Source: Acidobacteriota bacterium
Lineage (GTDB): Bacteria > Acidobacteriota > UBA6911 > JACQSX01
Direction: 5' to 3'
Length of the DNA: 15,543 bases
Assembly: GCA_036507075.1 (NCBI GenBank)
Contig: DASXQR010000164.1
Coordinates: 1 to 15,543, forward strand
Shown here piece after piece: positions 1 through 6,777 of this stretch (position 1 is its first letter; the number at the start of each line of letters is the position of its first letter). Both the position numbers and the translations under genes were made by a program. The notes beneath the pieces were generated by a model. The model was not told the DNA's origin. It did not search any database and was given only the letters and a program-made list of their open reading frames with translations.

Positions 1-8
1 GTTAATGG

Positions 9-14
9 CTCCTC
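9..14 (-). promoter_or_regulatory. Probable Shine-Dalgarno (GAGGAG) of a minus-strand gene starting just left of the window
   Basis: Minus strand reads ...AATTGAGAGGAGCCATTAAC to the window edge; GAGGAG lies 8 nt from position 1, a typical SD spacing. The start codon itself is not visible. Confidence 0.4.
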
Positions 15-57
15 TCAATTACTACCGTCGTGTGGTCCTCGCATATCGGCGACGCGC

Positions 58-452
58 TTATCGAACGGATACAAAGTTACGGGCATAGAGTGTGCCGCTC
101 GTGGCGCTCTGTGTCCCGTAATAAACGACCGCCGGCTTGAACGTACCTGTAAAGCTCCACCCCGGGGTAAACTGTATATTCTGCCAGGAACGCATGCAAA
201 TGCCTGTCACCGCGATACTGGCTAAATTGCAGCAGAGTTTGAACTTTTGTCCAGATAGTGATGTTTTGCAGCGACCGCGATTCGACTAATTGGTGTTGCT
301 ACCTGTTCTCGCCCAGGCGCTGCAATGCCCGGATGGCGGCTGCTTCGGCTGCAGCGGGTGACCTCACTTGGCCTGCTACCAAGAAAACAGTACGCGCTTA
401 AATCAAATTTCAAATCTGGCTGGTATTTACGCTTCGTATGCGTGACAGACAT
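58..452 (-). pseudogene. Possible fragmented or decayed gene of unknown function
   Basis: ATG at 452 is preceded by purine-rich GGAAGGAAGAGGG. A different frame is open 285..58 and ends in a beta-rich-looking peptide (WQNIQFTPGWSFTGTFKPAVVYYGTQSATSGTLYARNFVSVR*). No recognisable family, and the pieces cannot be joined with confidence. Confidence 0.2.
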
Positions 453-704
453 CAGCCCTCTTCCTTCCTAGGAAATCTCCGAGGGCTACTTGTTCAGGAA
501 CCGACCAGACAGCCTGCTGCCAATCAGGCCCCTGATAATCGGTGAACGACATGAGATCCGGTTGTTCGCGTAATCCACCCACAGAACGTAGACACGACCA
601 AAAAAAGGATTCACCAGCACTGAGGATGTCCCACCTTTAGTTGAAGTTTGAAAGCAAAAAGAATAGCGACTCTCGCTTTCCAGAACCTGTGGTAGGTTCC
701 GAGA

Positions 705-726
705 AAATTTTTGTGCAGAAAAATTT
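705..726. promoter_or_regulatory. 22-bp near-perfect palindrome, candidate operator
   Basis: AAATTTTTGTGCAGAAAAATTT equals its reverse complement except for one mismatched pair (G713/G718). It ends just before the AAGGAG RBS of the 741..899 ORF. Confidence 0.45.
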
Positions 727-740
727 AAAGGAGAGTCGCC

Positions 741-899
741 ATGAAGAAGCTTATCAAACGAGTCGCAGCACAATCGAACGCAAAATTGAAAAGGCTGGGT
801 GAGAGGCTTGGGATCAATCTGACGCTGCCGATTACCGGGGTGCTGCTGATAAATTCTTACGGCTCCTTCAGGGGCGAAAGAGGCGCAACATCCCTCTGA
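741..899 (+). CDS. Small basic 52-aa protein (not in the ORF track)
   Basis: AAGGAG at 728-733, 7-nt spacer, ATG 741, TGA 897-899. Translation MKKLIKRVAAQSNAKLKRLGERLGINLTLPITGVLLINSYGSFRGERGATSL. Converges on the HEAT gene stop at 949. Confidence 0.55.
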   Translation: MKKLIKRVAAQSNAKLKRLGERLGINLTLPITGVLLINSYGSFRGERGATSL

Positions 900-948
900 A
901 TCCGCCGTTAACTGCTGACCGGCCTCAGCTTTCCGCCTCAGTTCTTCT

Positions 949-1761
949 TCACCTCTCCAATCGCAGGGCGGCGGCTGCCGCAGCGTTAGACAATTCTTCG
1001 TCCCGCTCAGTATCCGCTATCCTCTTCAAAATCGGTTTTAACGGCTTTGCGGCCGGCCCAATCCTTGAAACGGCGTCGATCGCATCTCTGACAAGGTCCC
1101 GATCCTTGTCTTGAAGAACCTCGCCGATTTTCGCTACTATGACCGGATTTTGGACTCTTGCTTTCCCGATCGATTGAACAACTATACGCCTGATCTCAAT
1201 CGGCTCGTTGGCTGCTAACAAACTTGCCAGACCATCTGCCGCTTCGGGCGCGGTTTCAGCAAGCCGCGCCAAGCCGAGGACTGCAAAACCCATCGCCGGC
1301 GGGTCGTAGTCGCGAACGGCAATCAACAGAGGCGTCAACGCTTCGCGAGGAACCTGCGGTCGCAAACTCGCAATTGCCATGATTGCATTACAACGAACAC
1401 GTCGATTCTGATCTTTAAATTGAGACAAGAACACAGGAACCGCCCGCTTCAGCGCTTCACTCCCGTCAGGACGGTTCAAGGCCAGTACCGTCAGCAAGCC
1501 CGACGCTTGCAACCGGATCGGTTCCTCATCACTGAACGCCTCAAGTATAGCGGTTATGTCCTCATCCAACGATGTCGGATCGGCAGCCTCGAGCTTCGGA
1601 ATCAGTGTGTTGAAGGACCTTGCCCGCGCAGCATCGCTAACAGCGGGGTCGGGACTGACCAACTCGCGGAACAGCGCAAGCCAGTCGGCGCTCTGGCCGA
1701 ATGCCACTGTTCCGAAGACTACACTGACCATGATTGCTAGCACTACGGAAAAAGTTCTCAT
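949..1761 (-). CDS. Exported HEAT/PBS-lyase-like repeat protein
   Basis: GAGGAGG RBS 4 nt upstream of the ATG. Sec-type signal MRTFSVVLAIMVSVVFGTVAFG|Q. Repeated helical motifs (FKDQNRRVRCNAIMAIASL, LQDKDRDLVRDAIDAVSRIG, FSDEEPIRLQASGLL) typical of HEAT repeats. Confidence 0.85.
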   Translation of the reverse strand: MRTFSVVLAIMVSVVFGTVAFGQSADWLALFRELVSPDPAVSDAARARSFNTLIPKLEAADPTSLDEDITAILEAFSDEEPIRLQASGLLTVLALNRPDGSEALKRAVPVFLSQFKDQNRRVRCNAIMAIASLRPQVPREALTPLLIAVRDYDPPAMGFAVLGLARLAETAPEAADGLASLLAANEPIEIRRIVVQSIGKARVQNPVIVAKIGEVLQDKDRDLVRDAIDAVSRIGPAAKPLKPILKRIADTERDEELSNAAAAAALRLER

Positions 1762-1770
1762 GTTTCCTCC

Positions 1771-2596
1771 TCAAGGGAAGATCGTATCAGACCTGGGTCC
1801 ACCGCTGATTTGTCCAAAACCGGTCAAACAGTACGTAAGGTTGGAAGTAGAATAACTGGTTGGAGTCCAATCGTGGATTCGTTGCTTTCCTATGTAAACC
1901 TCAAATGCGGGAAAACAGTCATGTGTGAATTGGATCGTATAGGTCGGTGACAGGGGATTCGACTTTGACACCGTGACGTTTACATCCCAATTGATCTCCG
2001 GCGAAATCACAAGCGGATTGTTGGCCCCACCGTAGAAGTGCGCCTGAGAAACGCGAACCAGCGTTTCCTGCTACATCTATATGCATGTTGTTGATGCTCG
2101 CATAACCTCTATCATCTAGCTTTTAGCAATCATGCAGAACGCTATCATCGAGGACGGTCACCCCATCTGCCCCCAGACCCGTCGCCTTGTCGTATCTTCG
2201 AGTTTGACCGGTGAGGTTGTACTTCGAGTTTAAACCGAATGAACCTTGGTCGGGGAGCAAATGGACCGCCGAATGCGTCCTCACATCCCATGTCAAGCGT
2301 TGGAACGATCTCTTATCACCTTTATAGATCACATCCCGGCCACCAAAACCACAGCCATCGGGACCATCAATCCACGGAGGCGGAATGAAGCTGCGAACAG
2401 CGACATCAAAATCCATTGCCTCTCCAGGTGCTCGCTGCTTGCCGCCGCTGTCTCCTAGGTCGAATACTTCCTCGATGATTCTCGCCACAATAAGCGGCGC
2501 CGCCCAGACCCAGACGCTGAAAGTTGGGCCTTCCCATGTAGGATCGCCTGTACGGGCTATTGACAAGTATCCGTAGGCGTCGTACCAGTCAAAGCA
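1771..2596 (-). pseudogene. DUF3238-like domain protein, interrupted (in-frame TAA at 2123-2125, frameshift ~2052-2055, start unclear)
   Basis: The frame of ORF 2123..2566 continues past TAA as KLDDRGYASINNMHIDVAGNAGSR, then shifts into VSQAHFYGGANNPLVISPEINWDV... of ORF 1771..2010. Motif order SFIP...GDKRSF...RT...NPL..P.I.W...HDCFPAFEVY matches my recollection of DUF3238 (not searched). Confidence 0.6.
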
Positions 2597-2614
2597 CTAA
2601 AATGTTGCAACCGC

Positions 2615-3439
2615 CTATCTCCACATTGGGATATTCACAAATTTTCCATCTGGAACAGAGACATCTAAGGCAGCCACAGCAATCGGGATGTTGCTACTGA
2701 CTCTGATGGATCCACGAAATCCGAGTGCCGGCGCAAAGCTAACATTTACTAACTCACCTACGAACTTACTTAATCGGTTCAAAGGCGGTACTGATGCGAC
2801 AGCCTCCCCTGCGGTCTGCCCACTACTGTCGAAAACCTGAAACCGCACATTTGCAATCGCACTATTTGACGGGTTCACAATAGACAATGCACTATATCTA
2901 CCTTCCTGCCCTAAAATTACGGCTGTCCCAAATTGCAACGCCGGGACCACGGCAGACATCGTTGTGTCACTGAGGAGTCCCTCGGACCCTGGCGGATGAC
3001 AAGGAACCCGCAGGGACGTGCCAAATGCCACCGCGCACGGCAACTTGGTATAGTAGATCTCTCCGAACGAGACTATCTGCTGCTGACTGTCAAACACTAC
3101 ACTCGCCCAACCGGTGAACCCCGAAGCCAACGTCGTTCTTGTGACGCTTCCGCCCGCAGGTACCTCTAAGATCACCTCCGGCTTCCCCGCCTCTTGTGGA
3201 TTATCACTAAAGAGCACCGCCGCCGGCATACCGTCGTCTCTCCGAGTAGTCAGTCTTACAGCGGCCGCCCTGGGTCCGCCATTACTAACCGTAATTACCG
3301 TTCGGATCTCGTTGCTTATAGTCCCTCTTGGAATCTGTATATCCGCCACTATCGGAACCAAAAGAGTTACGTCGTCACCTAAACAAATACTGCCGCTGAC
3401 CGACAGAATCACGCCTAAAAGACAAATACCTCTTGTCAT
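2615..3439 (-). CDS. Exported protein with two tandem beta-sandwich halves (DUF5719-like style), function unknown
   Basis: Signal peptide MTRGICLLGVILSVSGSICLG|D; AAGGCGG upstream. Internal duplication: ITVSNGGPRAAAVRLTTRRDDG...EVPAGGS...FTGWASV vs LSIVNPSNSAIANVRFQVFDSSG...SVPPLNR...FRGSIRV. Starts 21 nt after the protease stop. Confidence 0.75.
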   Translation of the reverse strand: MTRGICLLGVILSVSGSICLGDDVTLLVPIVADIQIPRGTISNEIRTVITVSNGGPRAAAVRLTTRRDDGMPAAVLFSDNPQEAGKPEVILEVPAGGSVTRTTLASGFTGWASVVFDSQQQIVSFGEIYYTKLPCAVAFGTSLRVPCHPPGSEGLLSDTTMSAVVPALQFGTAVILGQEGRYSALSIVNPSNSAIANVRFQVFDSSGQTAGEAVASVPPLNRLSKFVGELVNVSFAPALGFRGSIRVSSNIPIAVAALDVSVPDGKFVNIPMWR

Positions 3440-3460
3440 CCCGACCGCCTTTCCACGACC

Positions 3461-5094
3461 TCATCTCTGGACAATATCCATAATGATATCATCAATGTTT
3501 CGCCAATTTACGTCGATACTTCTTTTGATCTCAATGAACACGTACCGCCCCACGGCAGTGTTTTGATCCACGATCTGCAGGGCCGCTCCGTAGGAATCAG
3601 TGGCCCATACACCAAACGCGGTTTGTACCGGCCCACCGTTGTAGGAGTATTTAACGTCGATCAGCGAATTGGGTGCTCCATAGACCTGCACCGCATAGGC
3701 CGAAGGACGTGGAACCACTCGAGGTTGAATGTCGGTCTCAAGGAATGGCGGTGGATCGCTGATGATCTGCAAGTCGTTGTCGATCGTGTCAGTCCATTGG
3801 GATGTTCCACTTTGGCGAACATGCGTGAATTTATAAGTGCCCGTAGGAGTGCTTCCACTTACTGGCTGCACTGCATATCCATTTCCGTTGAGAAAAAACG
3901 CGTTCAGCGCTTCCGTGATTGGGCCGCTATTATAAGTATACTTCACATCGATCCAAGTATTAGCCAGGCCGTAAACTAGAACCGAGTACACGGAGTTCAG
4001 GTATGAAGGCTCGTATGGCAGTTTAGGGCAAGTGTGAAACTCAACGGGCATGACGGGAGGGCGAGAACAGTCCAGCTGCACAGCCAGTGAACTTAAGAAT
4101 GGCGGTATCGGTAGGAAATATGAATGGCTGGCTGTGCCTGCAAAGAAGACACCCACCGGATTGTTAGATCCATCGCCAATTTTAATCACGGGAGATCCGG
4201 AATCTCCTGGCAGCCCAAATGGAGGCTGACCTGTGATATGTTGCACTGCTAGCACTGTTATGAACCGCGCTTGGGATGGCAATTATAGAACACGTTTAAC
4301 TCTGTATTGATGGCAGAGACCGTGCCGGTCGTATAGCCACTTGACTGGCCGCTCTTTGCTACTTGAACGCCAAGCATGGTGTCAGGGTTTTGCGGAACAA
4401 TTCCGGGCCGGACGAACTGCGGCGTGCCAAACGCCATTCCTGCATACATCTCGTCTCTTATGAGAGTCGGGCTAGATCGCACGTAAGCCCCGTCAATGGT
4501 GTTGCTTGCCGACAAGCTATACGTGATTGGTACGTACGAGATAAGGGGCCCAAGTAGCGTAGTAAGGGGGCACGTCGATGGATTTATCGAACGGGCCGGA
4601 TGCCATTGGTTGGTTCCAATGGGTGCGCCTTCGGAGCAGCCGCTTGAGTTAGCGGTCGCTACGTGGTTATTAGTGATGTACCCGATAAAATCGATGTTGG
4701 CTTGTTCACAGACCCTAAAACCAATGGTGCCGGCGCCCCCACAGTAGAGCTCGGTGCTGGTCGAGGATCCCATCGGGACAGGCGGCGTCCACACGGGCCA
4801 GTGTTGCTATCAAAAGCCCTTGGGATTCCGCTTACTATGCCGACCACCACGTACACCCTCTAATCTTTGGGGTAAGCGGTTCAACGCGGCTTGATCCTCG
4901 ACAAACACGTGAAATACATATTCTCCACCCTCCCTGCCAATACCGAAACCGACTACGCCGGAAATGCCAAAAATCGTCAAACGCTGTCGGCTCTGAATCT
5001 GTTTCACTTGATCAAGGCCTTGGGCGCGGATGTCGACTGATATTATTGTGAGGAAGAAGCCCATTGCAAAGCCAAAACGTGAGAGTCGTCGCAT
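3461..5094 (-). CDS. Exported trypsin-clan (PA/S1, NAL1/alpha-lytic-like) serine protease with prodomain and two C-terminal repeats; split by 3 frameshifts (~545 aa if repaired)
   Basis: AGGAGG RBS and ATG 5094; signal peptide ending IRA|Q. Prodomain GVVGFGIG...VFVE...LPQRLEGVYVVV, then PPVPMGSS and GAGTIG. Triad His in TNNHV (4663-4665), Asp in IDGA (4492-4494), Ser in GDSGS (4199-4201); also KSGQSSGYTTG and VGVFFAG. Joins ORFs 4810..5094, 4659..4856 (part), 4258..4794 and 3461..4282 via shifts at ~4857, ~4796 and ~4279. Confidence 0.85.
3464..4060 (-). repeat. Two tandem ~97-aa protein repeats at the protease C-terminus
   Basis: YSVLVYGLANTWIDVKYTYNSGPITEA vs YAVQVYGAPNSLIDVKYSYNGGPVQTA (16/27 identical); also GTYKF...W vs GRYVF...W. 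Period 97 codons. Confidence 0.85.
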
Positions 5095-5158
5095 AGGAAC
5101 CCTCCTGAGTCATGACTTTCTACTATTTCAGGAACCACTGGAAGAGTTTGTCGACCGT

Positions 5159-5498
5159 TTGCGTTTCTACAGGAAACTGAAAGAGGCTTGGGACCTTCTG
5201 GAAATTGAGTATTCAAACAGTCATCTTTCACTTCGCCATGCGGCAAGAACCTGCGGTGAACCAGAACCATCTGAATTATCTCTTTCGGAGTACAACGGGA
5301 TTGACATTCCACCAGCTCATTTGCCGGTACCGCGTGCTTAAATCCGGAATCCGACTGCGGGACGAGAAATCGACAATCTTAGAAATAGCGATCCAAGGCG
5401 GTTTTGGAAGTCTGAGCAGTCTTGAGAGAAACTTTCAAAAGTTCCTGGGTATTTCTCCTGCGGAATTCCGGACGAGAATCAGAGGCGAGGGTTATTAG
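5159..5498 (+). CDS. Stand-alone AraC/XylS-family HTH regulator, frameshifted at ~5255
   Basis: Frame 1 gives LRFYRKLKEAWDLLEIEYSNSHLSLRHAARTCG; frame 2 continues VNQNHLNYLFRSTTGLTFHQLICRYR...TILEIAIQGGFGSLSSLERNFQKFLGISPAEFR, the AraC double-HTH signature. Start uncertain; TTG 5159 assumed. Confidence 0.8.
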
Positions 5499-5603
5499 TC
5501 CGGATTATTCAAAAAATCTTCACCGCAAAGCACGCAAAGAGCGCTAGGAAAGCGGCGTTCTTCGCCCTCTTCGCGGTGAAGTTTTGTTGAATAATCCGAG
5601 CTA
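5496..5603. repeat. ~108-bp MITE-like inverted-repeat element / bidirectional terminator between convergent genes
   Basis: Left end TAGTCCGGATTATTCAAAAAATCTTCACCGC vs reverse complement of right end TAGCTCGGATTATTCAACAAAACTTCACCGC (27/31 identical). Inner CGCAAAG tandem motif. Confidence 0.7.
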
Positions 5604-5617
5604 CTCGATCGATTTCA

Positions 5618-6691
5618 TCAAGGCCCTTTATTAATCCCTACCATCACCCAGCCCTTAACCGATTTTCCTTTGTCGGCAATAAGCAGGTGGGATTCCTTCT
5701 TGAATCCCTTGTTGAACATGTTGTGCGCGTCGGTCGAACAGGTCTGATTCTCCATGCAGAAAAGCGGCCGGCCAGGCGGGCTGTAAACGATCATATGGGT
5801 GAATTCCTTCGACGCTCCGAGCGTCACTTTGATGCCCTTGTCTTTGGCCTCGTACCACGGGATTCGATCCGGAGTCATTCCCCAGAACACATCGTCCAGT
5901 TTGGCTTCCTCCAGCGAAACAGGCTTTCGAAGATCCCAGGGCATTCCCTCCAGATCCTGCAGCTTGCCTGTAGGCAGCAAATCAACATTCTCCATATGCT
6001 TCTGAGCGGGCACGCAGACATAGGTCCCCGCCCGGCTGCCGAGAATCTGAAACCAGGGATGGAAGGCGAATCCAAAGGGAAGCCGCTTGTCATCCTTGTT
6101 TTCCACATTGAAGTCCATGCGCACGCCCTTGTTTGTCAGCCGATAGGTCATCGTCAATTTGTGCTTGATGGGAAAAAGTTTGTACGACGGAAGAGCGGGG
6201 TCCCAGTCGAGCCAGGTCTGCAGCGTGGCGCCCCTCTTGTCGGAAGATAACGCGCCGGATTGCCATTTCAGACTGTGCACAAGGCCGTGGATGAAATTCT
6301 TTCCGTTGTTGGGCGTAAAGCTGTAGGTAACCCCATCAAATGTAAAGTGCGCGTCGCGTACTCGATTGGGCGTGGGATACAGAATGGGAAACCCATAACG
6401 CGAACCCACCAGCGCGGGCATCTCAGGCGGCTGCACCAGCAACTCGGTCCCGCCGGCCTTCAACGAGTAAAGGTTGCTCCCCGCATCTGGAGCAATGCGC
6501 GCTTCCAGATTCCTCTCCGGGTTTGGATCTTCGTACCGGAGCACGGCGATTTTCCAGCCGGTTTTCGGTTCTGTTTCCACTTGATGGCTGAATTTTCCAG
6601 TCGATTGAGATTTCGTCTGCATAGATGCTTTTGAGGGAAGAGCGAAAAATAGAGCCAGCGACACTATGCTTAATAGAGAAGTGAATCTCAC
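5618..6691 (-). CDS. Aldose 1-epimerase (galactose mutarotase-like) family protein with signal peptide
   Basis: Motifs PILYPTPNRV, IHGLV, FGFAFHPWF, LLPTG, LDDVF, FCMENQT. GGAGG at 6701-6697 favours GTG 6691 over TTG 6694. Signal ending PSKA|S. Confidence 0.88.
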   Translation of the reverse strand: MRFTSLLSIVSLALFFALPSKASMQTKSQSTGKFSHQVETEPKTGWKIAVLRYEDPNPERNLEARIAPDAGSNLYSLKAGGTELLVQPPEMPALVGSRYGFPILYPTPNRVRDAHFTFDGVTYSFTPNNGKNFIHGLVHSLKWQSGALSSDKRGATLQTWLDWDPALPSYKLFPIKHKLTMTYRLTNKGVRMDFNVENKDDKRLPFGFAFHPWFQILGSRAGTYVCVPAQKHMENVDLLPTGKLQDLEGMPWDLRKPVSLEEAKLDDVFWGMTPDRIPWYEAKDKGIKVTLGASKEFTHMIVYSPPGRPLFCMENQTCSTDAHNMFNKGFKKESHLLIADKGKSVKGWVMVGINKGP

Positions 6692-6777
6692 CAAAGCCTC
6701 CCGAAGAATATTCCTTGAGATTCTGCTGGGCTACCCAAGGAAAACGCAATAGGAATTCCAAATGGTATCAAGTAAGA

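Noticed and set aside
486..773. 95-aa minus-strand ORF
   Set aside because: Non-ATG start, no RBS, no motif, and it overlaps the better-supported 741..899 ORF and its upstream signals.
3464..4060. Diversity-generating retroelement template/variable repeat pair
   Set aside because: The repeats are old in-gene duplications diverged at all base types, with no adenine-specific pattern evident and no reverse transcriptase in the window.
2123..4812. Stop-codon recoding or readthrough: ORFs 4810..5094 and 4258..4794 share a frame across TGA-TAG, and 2615..3439 and 2123..2566 share a frame across two TAGs
   Set aside because: All three stop types (TGA, TAG, TAA) would need readthrough and are used as normal stops elsewhere. 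The in-frame bridge RGGRHSKRNPKGF is implausible while the shifted frame YVVVGIVSGIPRAF fits the prodomain, so compensating indels explain it better.
1420..4863. Plus-strand ORFs opposite the minus-strand operon (e.g. 3114..3566, 3563..3979, 1420..1740)
   Set aside because: They fully overlap better-supported genes on the other strand.
5030..5158. ATG 5030 as the AraC start
   Set aside because: It lies inside the protease signal-peptide coding region on the opposite strand, and the added residues read as antisense translation.
4258..5260. Programmed ribosomal frameshifting or phase variation
   Set aside because: No slippery heptamers or long repeat tracts at the junctions (runs of only 2-3 nt), and three shifts in one gene is not credible as a programmed event.
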